A DNA stretch of 42,928 nt, from assembly GCA_003224635.1 (NCBI GenBank), contig QHZK01000009.1, positions 1 to 42,928 of the forward strand, read 5' to 3'. The notes under the pieces were generated by a model. It had not been told where the DNA came from. It made no database searches and saw only the letters and a program-made list of their open reading frames with translations. The position numbers and the translations under genes were made by a program. The DNA comes from Acidobacteriota bacterium (GTDB taxonomy: Bacteria > Acidobacteriota > Terriglobia > UBA7540). Position 1 is the first letter of the stretch; every line of letters begins with the position of its first letter. Shown here piece after piece: positions 7,962 through 16,162 of the stretch.

Positions 7962-8400
7962 GTCTCCGCATCAGGGAATAAAACAACCGCGACGGAGCTT
8001 TCACGATCAAGGAGTCGTAGCGTGCTCCGCGAACCCCCACCACAGTCTTCCAGCCCTCGGACCATTTGCGGAACATCACGGGAATCAATTCCGGAGGATC
8101 TTGCAAGTCGGCTGATATCACCGCCGCGCAACTTCCGGAGCTCGCCTGCAACCCCGCCAAGATTGCGGCAACCTGTCCGAAATTCCGTAGAAAGCTCACA
8201 ATTCCCGTCGTGCTGGGATAGTCGCGATGAAGCGATTCGAGCACGGTCAACGACTCGTCAGGTGAGCCGTCATTAACCAGGATGATCTCATAGCTGAACT
8301 CCTCGGCGTGTGCGTCGAGGACAGCCTTGAGAACCTCAAAATTTCGGCGAATTGACGCCGCCTCGCGGTATACGGGTACCACTACAGAAAGTTTGGGCAT
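7951..8400 (-). CDS. GT2 glycosyltransferase, N-terminal catalytic fragment (split by frameshift)
   Basis: MPKLSVVVPVYREAASI..EIILVNDGSPDES..RNFGQVAAILAGL..ISADLQDPPELI..FYSLMRRHAL*. This is a GT-A fold with a DxD-like ADLQD. It stops exactly where the family normally continues into the ..FDFFL.. segment, which is found in the +1 frame. Confidence 0.75.
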   Translation of the reverse strand: MPKLSVVVPVYREAASIRRNFEVLKAVLDAHAEEFSYEIILVNDGSPDESLTVLESLHRDYPSTTGIVSFLRNFGQVAAILAGLQASSGSCAAVISADLQDPPELIPVMFRKWSEGWKTVVGVRGARYDSLIVKAPSRLFYSLMRRHAL

Positions 8401-8403
8401 ACG

Positions 8404-9072
8404 TCAATCCGTTTTGGTGATACGAGCCGGAACCCCTACAGCGGTAACGCCAGGCGGGATATTACGGGTGACTACGGCGCCGGCACCGATAACGGCCAGG
8501 GCGCCGATTTCCATGCCATTGATCACGGTAGCGCCGGCCCCGATACAGGCGCCGTCCCCAATTCGGCACATTCCACACACGGTCACACCGGGATTCAGGC
8601 TGACATAATCGCCCACTTCGCAATCATGAGACACGGACGCCTTCACGTTGAGGATGCAATGACGCCCGATCCTCGCCCTCGATGTCACTATGGTTCCCGG
8701 TGCCAGCAGTGTGCCCTCTCCAATCTCTACCGCCTCTCCCACGAAAGCAGAGGGATGCAGAAGGGTCCAAGGCTTCACCTGGCCACCGCACAACGAAGTG
8801 ACACGCTCCACAATTCGCCGTCGGGCTGCGTTGTCACCTACAGCAGTCAGATACGTCAAGTCCATCAAGAAGTTGGTGGAATTGGAGGCCAATTCCGCCA
8901 GTGTGCCCAGCACCTCCAGGTTGCGATGCCGACCTTTTGGAACTGCGTCATCGACGAAGCCGAGGAACTGGCCGTCCCATCCATCCCTGAGAAGCTCCCG
9001 CATGTAGGCTTGGATTTCACTGCCGTGGCCACCGGCGCCTACTATCACAACCCGGGCTTTGCTGCTCTTCAA
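8404..9072 (-). CDS. Sugar N/O-acetyltransferase, NeuD/PglD family (left-handed beta-helix)
   Basis: The N-terminus has a Rossmann-like VVIVGAGGHGSE. The C-terminus has hexapeptide repeats IGEGTLLAPGTIVTSRARIGRHCILNVKASVSHDCEVGDYVSLNPGVTVCGMCRIGDGACIGAGATVINGMEIG. Confidence 0.85.
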   Translation of the reverse strand: MKSSKARVVIVGAGGHGSEIQAYMRELLRDGWDGQFLGFVDDAVPKGRHRNLEVLGTLAELASNSTNFLMDLTYLTAVGDNAARRRIVERVTSLCGGQVKPWTLLHPSAFVGEAVEIGEGTLLAPGTIVTSRARIGRHCILNVKASVSHDCEVGDYVSLNPGVTVCGMCRIGDGACIGAGATVINGMEIGALAVIGAGAVVTRNIPPGVTAVGVPARITKTD

Positions 9073-9221
9073 CGGTAATTCGTCTCCTCAGTTTCGACCG
9101 GTTCGTCGGAGCACGTTGAAGGCCTCCATCAAATCAAAGATGCACCCTTATTTCAAGCACGATTCTTAGGCTGGAAGGATCGGTTCTGCCGATCATCGTG
9201 CCGACGCTAATGCGGCGGCAA

Positions 9222-10328
9222 TCAGTGCACTTGCCTTTCACCGGAGGCGGTAATAATAGGAATATGCCGCATCCACATCTGCGGTCGCCACCACGGCCGG
9301 TTCGCCTTGTACCAATCAACGGTTTGTCTTAACCCCTCTTCGAACGAGGTGCGCGCCTCCCAAGCGAGAAGTTTCTTCGCCTTCGCGGCGTCGCATGTAT
9401 GGCGGAGCACCTGACCCGGCCGGTCGCCGATGAATCGCAGAAGCTGCTCAGGGGGTTCCTCGCCTACGCACACCGAACGCCGTCCGAACCCTGATCGATC
9501 GCCTACCTCAACAAGGTCCTTGGTTTCTTCCGGTTGCATGATGCTGAGCACTGACTTCGCAACCTCAAGGATGCTCTTGTGCTGACCAGTGCCGAGATTG
9601 ATTGCTTCTCCCACGATCTTGTCCGCATCTACGTGCAGTACTGTATCCAGGGCTTCGCAATGGTCCGCGACAAACAACCAATCCCTTGCAGCGGAGCCAT
9701 CTCCATGAATGGTTAGCGGCTCCCCCAAGATACAGCTCGTGATAAAACGCGGTATGGCCTTTTCCAGGTGCTGATAGGGGCCAAAGTTATTAAACGGGCG
9801 GATGATCACCGCGGGAATGTGATACGTGGCCCAATAGGAATAAACGAGGCGATCGGCTCCGCACTTCGCAGAGGCATAGGGGCTCATGGGATTGAGACTA
9901 TGTTCCTCATTCATCTTTGCAGTTTGCGCGGTGCCGTAAACTTCGGACGTTGAGATATGAACGAAGCGCTCAACCTTGTTGCAGTGCTTCACAACAGCAT
10001 TGGCCACACTTTGAGTTCCCAAGACATCCGTGTCGAAAAACAGACGGTTGTCGAAAATCGACCTCGTCACATGGGATTCGGCAGCCATATGGACCACGCT
10101 ATCTGATTGCGAAACGAGCGTGTCCACCAGGTCGCTGTTGCGCACATCGCCATGCCAGAACTCATATCGGCTCGAACCGAAGGCGCCTTCAGGACTATTC
10201 TCCACGTTGCCCGCATACGTGAGGACATCGAGAACGATGATTCGGTAGTCCGGATACTTGTTGTACAAATAGCGAACAAAATTGGAGCCAATGAAACCTG
10301 CTCCCCCTGTCACTAAAATGGTTTTCAT
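9222..10328 (-). CDS. NDP-hexose 4,6-dehydratase-like SDR (RmlB/RfbB-like)
   Basis: Motifs seen: ILVTGGAGFIGSNF, LTYAGNVEN, ISTSEVYG, YASAKCGAD (YxxxK) and GSAARDWLFVADH. The TYAGN and RDWLxVxDH motifs are RmlB hallmarks. TSE replaces the canonical TDE, so substrate and chemistry are uncertain. Confidence 0.8.
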   Translation of the reverse strand: MKTILVTGGAGFIGSNFVRYLYNKYPDYRIIVLDVLTYAGNVENSPEGAFGSSRYEFWHGDVRNSDLVDTLVSQSDSVVHMAAESHVTRSIFDNRLFFDTDVLGTQSVANAVVKHCNKVERFVHISTSEVYGTAQTAKMNEEHSLNPMSPYASAKCGADRLVYSYWATYHIPAVIIRPFNNFGPYQHLEKAIPRFITSCILGEPLTIHGDGSAARDWLFVADHCEALDTVLHVDADKIVGEAINLGTGQHKSILEVAKSVLSIMQPEETKDLVEVGDRSGFGRRSVCVGEEPPEQLLRFIGDRPGQVLRHTCDAAKAKKLLAWEARTSFEEGLRQTVDWYKANRPWWRPQMWMRHIPIITASGERQVH

Positions 10329-11542
10329 GCTTCGTCCCTACCCGGTTTACTCTGATTGCCGCAGTTGAGTACGGAGCCCAGATGACCTGCGCCGCCCTTA
10401 GCCGAGATCCTCATGCCGAACCTCCGCTCCGCTTCGCTTAACTGTTCCACAACATAGTCCATTTCCTGGTCGCTCATTGAAGTATAAAAAGGTAGGGTGA
10501 TCACTCTACGGGAGAACGCCTCTGTTTTCGGTAAGGGGCGGTCCGCGTACTTGCAAAAGTACTTCTGCTCATGAACGGGCGGAAAGAAGTAAGCCCGACT
10601 CTCGATGCCACGCTCCGCCAGGAACTGAATGATCTCGTTGCGCCTATCCGCGTTCGGGCCTGGGACCAGAACCGTGAAGTCTTTTACCGTGTGGACCACG
10701 CCAGACGGCCACACCAACACTCGCAATGATGTGTTTCGACGGATTTGATGCGCGTAACGGTGGGCTCTCTCCTGGCGGGTGGCCAGTATGTGATCGAGGC
10801 GCCGGAGGTTATGCAGGCCGATGATTGCATGAAACTCGCTCATCTTGCCGTTCAGTCCGGAATAATGCGCATCATAGTTCGCCCGGATGCCGTAGTTCCG
10901 CATGAGCCGGATACGTTCGGCGAGCTCCGGACGCCTGGTGGATACCAGGCCACCCTCGACACTCACTAGGACTTTGCTGACGGAAAGGGAGAATACCTCA
11001 GCGTCTCCGAAGGTCCCCACACGCCGCCCGTCAACCGACGACCCAAATGCCTGCGCGGCATCGAAGAAAAGAGATATGGGCCTACGGCGATTCCTGGATG
11101 CGGCACCCACGATGCCCTCAATCTCTGCGGTTCGCGCCGGAAGCCCGTACATGTGCACGCCGATGACGGCTGCGGTTTCCGGATGTTGATCCAGCAAATG
11201 CTCCAAGTCCTGGGGTGAGAGAGTGAGGTCGTCACCAACCTCAGCGAATACGGGCAGCCCGCCCGCGTAGAGCACCGCTTGCGCGGTGGCCGTGAAAGTG
11301 AAACTGGGCAGAATGACCTTCTCGCCAGGTGCGAACCCCACGCTGGAAAGCGCGAAGAGAAGGCCTACCGTGCCGGAGGACACGGCGACAGTCTCGCCAC
11401 CCAGGTAAGCGGCCGTCTCGGATTCGAACTGCTTTACGTATTTCCCGAAGTTGGTGATCTTCCCGTTTGCAAGGATCTCCTCGAACGGTGCTCGAACGTC
11501 TTCCAAAGTTGGCAGGTCCGGTCGAATGAGAGGAATATTCAT
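10325..11542 (-). CDS. DegT/DnrJ/EryC1/StrS-family PLP-dependent sugar aminotransferase
   Basis: MNIPLIRPDLP.., AVSSGTVGLLFAL, FDAAQAFGS and FSLSVSKVL (PLP lysine context). It has a 4-bp ATGA overlap with the downstream dehydratase. Confidence 0.85.
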   Translation of the reverse strand: MNIPLIRPDLPTLEDVRAPFEEILANGKITNFGKYVKQFESETAAYLGGETVAVSSGTVGLLFALSSVGFAPGEKVILPSFTFTATAQAVLYAGGLPVFAEVGDDLTLSPQDLEHLLDQHPETAAVIGVHMYGLPARTAEIEGIVGAASRNRRRPISLFFDAAQAFGSSVDGRRVGTFGDAEVFSLSVSKVLVSVEGGLVSTRRPELAERIRLMRNYGIRANYDAHYSGLNGKMSEFHAIIGLHNLRRLDHILATRQERAHRYAHQIRRNTSLRVLVWPSGVVHTVKDFTVLVPGPNADRRNEIIQFLAERGIESRAYFFPPVHEQKYFCKYADRPLPKTEAFSRRVITLPFYTSMSDQEMDYVVEQLSEAERRFGMRISAKGGAGHLGSVLNCGNQSKPGRDEA

Positions 11543-11736
11543 CGAGAAAAGCGCCTTGTTTCAGAATTAACAGGGAAGAACCGAATTGACGGCCCAGTCA
11601 ATACGCTCTCACGACATCAGTCCGACAGGTTCCATAGTGTTCCCAATGTCCAACTGTAAGTGATCTTTCCGAATGCTCTCGCCTCTCAGCTGGCAAGGCG
11701 AACTACGGAGTCGCTTGCCCATCCCCATGCGCATAG

Positions 11737-12534
11737 CTACTGCTTGCGCAGCACCACGGTGAGATTCAGGCCCAGCGGAGCGGGCGCGGCCTTTTCAATG
11801 ACGCGGGCGCATGGGACAACGTACTTGGAGAAAAAGCCATAAAGGCCGAAAAACGTCCTTCTAGCAGTTTCATCTTTCTGGTAATTGACTTTCCGGACCT
11901 TACTGAAGTAAAGAGACCCCAGGACGCCCAGAAAGTTGTTGTACGCCAGTTTTTCAATCTGGACGGGCAGGCCCCCCACCAGCACACGGATCATCTTCTT
12001 GTTATATCGCCGGCAATGTCCGATATTGCGGTCCAGTTGGGAGAAGAGAAACTGCAGCGCGGGCACAAGAATGATCACATTGCCGCCAGGCCGTGTCAAT
12101 GCCAGCATCTGTTCCAGAAACCGCCGGTCGTCCTCAATGTGCTCCATCACATGGACGGAATAGACCGAGTCGAAATGCTCGGCGTACGCTGGCAAGAGGG
12201 TGCCCGTCTCCACCGGCATTAGAGTCGTCCTGGGCAGGGTGCCCGCACACCTCTGGAGCAAGCCGAAAAAGTGGGGCGAAGGCTCAATGGCTACTAACTC
12301 CTCATGTCGTCCGGCTTCGGCAACGATCACGGTGATCCGACCCGCCCCCGCTCCCACTTCAAGGATCCTGCGGCCGAGATAGTGTTCGAACATTTCGACC
12401 TGCCACCGGTCAAGAGCGGGAGTCAACCCGATTGCGGCGTCGCTCCAATGGACCATTCCCAAGGCGTGGTCGTCGACCGAGGGCTGTGACAGCATATCCG
12501 ATTGAATATAGGGGAACTGTGGGTTCCAAAGCAA
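11737..12534 (-). CDS. Class I SAM-dependent methyltransferase
   Basis: RILEVGAGAGRITVIVAEAG (motif I), FDSVYSVHVMEHIEDD and LTRPGGNVIILVP. Confidence 0.8.
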   Translation of the reverse strand: MLWNPQFPYIQSDMLSQPSVDDHALGMVHWSDAAIGLTPALDRWQVEMFEHYLGRRILEVGAGAGRITVIVAEAGRHEELVAIEPSPHFFGLLQRCAGTLPRTTLMPVETGTLLPAYAEHFDSVYSVHVMEHIEDDRRFLEQMLALTRPGGNVIILVPALQFLFSQLDRNIGHCRRYNKKMIRVLVGGLPVQIEKLAYNNFLGVLGSLYFSKVRKVNYQKDETARRTFFGLYGFFSKYVVPCARVIEKAAPAPLGLNLTVVLRKQ

Positions 12535-12576
12535 GGGGTCGATGCGATTGGGGCTGGAAGCGACAACTATGGAACG

Positions 12577-13935
12577 TCAGCATTGCGTCATGTCGCAACG
12601 TCGCTGATCGAGCGACCAGCTCAGGAGCGCGTACATGGCAACGAAACAGATCATTCCCAGCAAATATCTTGGCTTCGGAACAACAATAAGACCAGCCAGC
12701 GAGCTTGTCAGGATGCCCGCTGCGAAGGCGCCATCAAACCAAAGTGTTTTCCTTTGTCTGACGATAATGTTGAGGGCCGGTAGCGCCACGACCAGAGTCA
12801 TGGCGGAGATCACAACGAGTTTCAAAGCGAGGTTCAAGAGCACGATCCACGGTTGGCGAATCAAGATTCTCCAGAATTCATGCTCGAGCACTGCCTCATA
12901 CTCAGGAGAACAGAAGGCTGCGTCGGGCCGTATGGACCTTACTTTCGCAACCGCAACCTCATCCAGGTACTTCGGGACTTCACTATTCGGCCAATACGCC
13001 AGCCCGATGTAAGCGGAATGCCAGAACACGTGCCTGTTCGTTAGTTCTTCGAAGGCGCCTGCGGAGGCTAAGAAAGCGTCTCTTCGCTTGATCTCCTGGC
13101 GCATGAGCAGTATCGGGAAGAGACTCGCGGCGGCAAGGAGAAGGAGTAGCATAACAGCTCGGGCCGCTCGATAAGAACCAAGGACCAGCAGGGTAAGTAA
13201 GGCCACGCAAGGGGGTCCAGCGGTACTGCGAACAACAACGCAACACCCTGCAGCAAGGGCAAACAGCACGCAGGCGAAGACGAGGCTTCGTCTGTCCTGA
13301 TGGATCGCGTATCCGACCAGCCAGGGCGAAGCGGCAATAACGGGGGCTGATTGAAAGACGTAAACGTCGCCCGCTAGCATCTGCAACGCCGCCAGCGCAA
13401 GGAATACCGCGGCGCCGATGAGGCGGGACCGCTTGCAGGCAAACATCCGGCAGTAACCGGCATAACCGATACCAATCCCCATGACGATGACTAGGCCGAG
13501 GGTAGCGTCAACGGCGGTTGCCAAAACGAGCCCAGTGTGGGCTGCCACTGCCGGCACCAGCCAATACAGCCCAGGGTCGTCGGAGAACGGGCCGAAACGG
13601 CGACCGTCGAAGGCCACCAGCGGCACCCCGGAACAATTCAGTCCTCGCAACGCCCGCCTCAGTTGTACGAAACGGGACGGCATCAGGGGAATATAAGTCA
13701 GGGCCTGGTCGCTAAGGAGTTTCGAGCCGTGATAGTCGTTGAAAAGCGCATCATGTTGATAGATATGCTCGGAGGGACGGCACTGATCGAGGTCATCCCT
13801 AGCAGCGGAAGAGTCCTTGACTGTCTGCGCCAAACCGGTAAGGGGTAGAAGCAACATGAAGAAGATGGCCGCGAGGAGGCCCCTCTCACGGCCGCGACGC
13901 AAGACTGAGAAACCGTTTCCAACCATCTCCAGCAA
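12577..13935 (-). CDS. Uncharacterised polytopic membrane protein (452 aa)
   Basis: A long ORF in operon context, 27 nt downstream of the AsnB-like gene, with many hydrophobic segments (e.g. LVLATAVDATLGLVIVMGIGIGYAGY, AVMLLLLLAAASLFPILL). I recognise no family motif. Confidence 0.6.
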   Translation of the reverse strand: MLEMVGNGFSVLRRGRERGLLAAIFFMLLLPLTGLAQTVKDSSAARDDLDQCRPSEHIYQHDALFNDYHGSKLLSDQALTYIPLMPSRFVQLRRALRGLNCSGVPLVAFDGRRFGPFSDDPGLYWLVPAVAAHTGLVLATAVDATLGLVIVMGIGIGYAGYCRMFACKRSRLIGAAVFLALAALQMLAGDVYVFQSAPVIAASPWLVGYAIHQDRRSLVFACVLFALAAGCCVVVRSTAGPPCVALLTLLVLGSYRAARAVMLLLLLAAASLFPILLMRQEIKRRDAFLASAGAFEELTNRHVFWHSAYIGLAYWPNSEVPKYLDEVAVAKVRSIRPDAAFCSPEYEAVLEHEFWRILIRQPWIVLLNLALKLVVISAMTLVVALPALNIIVRQRKTLWFDGAFAAGILTSSLAGLIVVPKPRYLLGMICFVAMYALLSWSLDQRRCDMTQC

Positions 13936-13962
13936 TCTATCCAGCCCGTCGCGCAGGATCGC

Positions 13963-15948
13963 CTAGAAAACCGATGCGCTGCATGGCGCAGCTTCCAGGC
14001 TACCTCTAGCGGAATCAATGAAGGTCTTATGCCACAGTTCGAGTGTGAGCAAGGCCCAAAGGCGCATCGTGTGGTCACCTTCACCCCTGCGATCTTGCTC
14101 AACCATGGAGCGTACGACAGCGGGCTCGAAGTAGCCGCGCTGTCTCAGGGTCCTCTCCGACAGGAGATCATCCACCATGGCGTGCAAATCGCGGCGCAGC
14201 CAGGAGCGGATAGGAGCTCCAAAGGCCGCTTTTCGCCGCTGAACGATTTCGGGAGGAACCACGCCCTCGACGGCACGCCGGAAGATGTATTTTGATTTAA
14301 GCCCATGCAATTTCATTTGCGGAGGCATGCGCGACATGAAATCCACCACTTCGGAATCCAGAAAGGGCACACGAACCTCGACCGAAGCGGCCGAGCTGAG
14401 CTTGTCACAGTAGGTCAGGTTCAGCTCGGTCAAAAAGGTCTTCACGTCTACGTAGAGCATCCGGTCAAGGAAGTTTGCGTCCGGCACATCTCGAAAGTAC
14501 GCCAGGTGCCTGTCGCCCGCCAGCGCGCCGGGCAGGGCTTGGCGCAACTGGGGCGTATACATCGCGAACTCCTGATCGTCGGTGTAATACGATCGGTAAA
14601 AGATATAGCGGTGTTCCGGGTCGATGTCGACTCCGGCCAGCAGTTTGTCCCAGTAGCGATGGACGGCGAGAATCAGGCCCGGCCGGACTCCCGGTAGCCA
14701 CCGACTGATACCGGGCATGGCGCCCAAAGGGAAGCGGGCGAAAGCTTGACGCAGCGGTCTGGGGATTCGCTCGAGGATGCTGGCCAGACGGTGCGTCCAG
14801 TGAAGACGGTACCCTGCGAAAACCTCATCGGCGCCCTGACCGCTCAGCAGAACCTTGACTTCGGGACGCCCCTCCCGGCAAATCAAGTAGGTGCTGATGG
14901 CTGCCGGATCAGCCACGGGCTCGTCCAGATGCCATACGACCTTGGGCAGAAGATCCACAATGTCGGGGTTCACCTCAATTTCGTGGTGATTGGCTCCCAG
15001 CCGACGGGCGGCCAGGCGGGCAAATACTCGGTCCGCGTCAGACTGCTCGAGGAAGCCGTCCTCGGGACGATAGGCGATGGTATACGACTTAACCGGTTCG
15101 TTTGTGAGTTCGGCCGCGAGCGCCAGGATAGTGCTGGAGTCGAGCCCCCCACTCAAAAAGACCCCTACGGGGACGTCGCTGATTAAGTGCCTTTTCACGG
15201 CCCGGCGCAGAATTTCGAGCAGCTCAACGCTGAGATCCCTTTCGGCGCGCTTGCCATTTGCCGAGGCAGGAGGAAAGCGAAGATTCCAATAGCAGTGAAG
15301 GGAGTACTCACGCTGACTCCATTCCAAATAATGACCGGGAGGAAGCTTGTAGATTCCCTTGAAGAGAGTTTCCGGCCCAGGGACCCAGAGGAACGCCAGG
15401 TACCGATGAAGCGCGTTCAGGTCCACGTCGCGAGCGATCCCCGGCGCGAGCAGAATGGCCTTGATCTCCGAAGCATAAACAAGCCGATCGCCGGCCAGTG
15501 TGTAATAAACGGGTTTGATCCCAAACCGATCGCGGGCCAGCAGAAGCCTGGCCGGTTTTTTCCGCAAATCGACCAGCGCCAAACCGAACATCCCGTTGAG
15601 CCGCTCGAGCAACCGCACGCCCCATTCTTCGTAGCCGTGAATCAGAACCTCGGTGTCGGCCTGAGAACGGAAACTGTGACCTAGCTTTTGGAGCTCGGTG
15701 CGAATGGAGTGGAAGTTGTAAATCTCTCCGTTGTAGGTAATCCAAACGGTTTCGTCCTCATTACGCATCGGCATGTGACCGGCACTGGAAAGGTCGATGA
15801 TACTCAGCCGGCAGTTCCCGAGTCCGAACATCCTATCCGAGGTTACGAATACCCCCCGGTCATCGGGGCCCCGATGCGCCATCAGGCGCACCATTCGGTT
15901 CAGAAGTTCGGTGTCGGCAAATCCCGCCGTCCCACAGATTCCACACAT
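13963..15948 (-). CDS. Asparagine synthase (glutamine-hydrolysing)-family amidotransferase, paralog 1
   Basis: The track ORF reaches 16008. I start at the internal ATG (complement of 15946-15948) so that the protein begins MCGICG with the obligatory Ntn Cys2. PP-loop VGVFLSGGLDSS is present. Confidence 0.85.
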   Translation of the reverse strand: MCGICGTAGFADTELLNRMVRLMAHRGPDDRGVFVTSDRMFGLGNCRLSIIDLSSAGHMPMRNEDETVWITYNGEIYNFHSIRTELQKLGHSFRSQADTEVLIHGYEEWGVRLLERLNGMFGLALVDLRKKPARLLLARDRFGIKPVYYTLAGDRLVYASEIKAILLAPGIARDVDLNALHRYLAFLWVPGPETLFKGIYKLPPGHYLEWSQREYSLHCYWNLRFPPASANGKRAERDLSVELLEILRRAVKRHLISDVPVGVFLSGGLDSSTILALAAELTNEPVKSYTIAYRPEDGFLEQSDADRVFARLAARRLGANHHEIEVNPDIVDLLPKVVWHLDEPVADPAAISTYLICREGRPEVKVLLSGQGADEVFAGYRLHWTHRLASILERIPRPLRQAFARFPLGAMPGISRWLPGVRPGLILAVHRYWDKLLAGVDIDPEHRYIFYRSYYTDDQEFAMYTPQLRQALPGALAGDRHLAYFRDVPDANFLDRMLYVDVKTFLTELNLTYCDKLSSAASVEVRVPFLDSEVVDFMSRMPPQMKLHGLKSKYIFRRAVEGVVPPEIVQRRKAAFGAPIRSWLRRDLHAMVDDLLSERTLRQRGYFEPAVVRSMVEQDRRGEGDHTMRLWALLTLELWHKTFIDSARGSLEAAPCSASVF

Positions 15949-16162
15949 GCGCTGGTCAGCTCTCCCAAGACCTGCAGGTACGAGCCGGACGTCATAGACC
16001 CGGTCCAACTCGGCGACTATCCGCTCGGCTCGCTCGTAAGCAAGAGGTCGGAAAGATGGTCGGCCACGACTCGATTGGTCTCTTCTGACATCGAGCGGTC
16101 AGAAGGCCGGAGCCCGCTTCCACGTGGGCGACGGGGGGATGACCCGTTTCGGCTGTCTCACT

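Noticed and set aside
15949-16008. N-terminal extensions of several track ORFs:
- AsnB-like to 16008.
- GH to 26160.
- GT to 19983.
- Methyltransferases to 33862 and 27421.
- Giant gene to 6674.
- Wzy_C to 37839.
   Set aside because: The extensions overlap upstream genes or precede obligatory features: the Ntn Cys2 of MCGICG, signal peptides, and strong SD sequences at internal starts. The shorter starts are more plausible.
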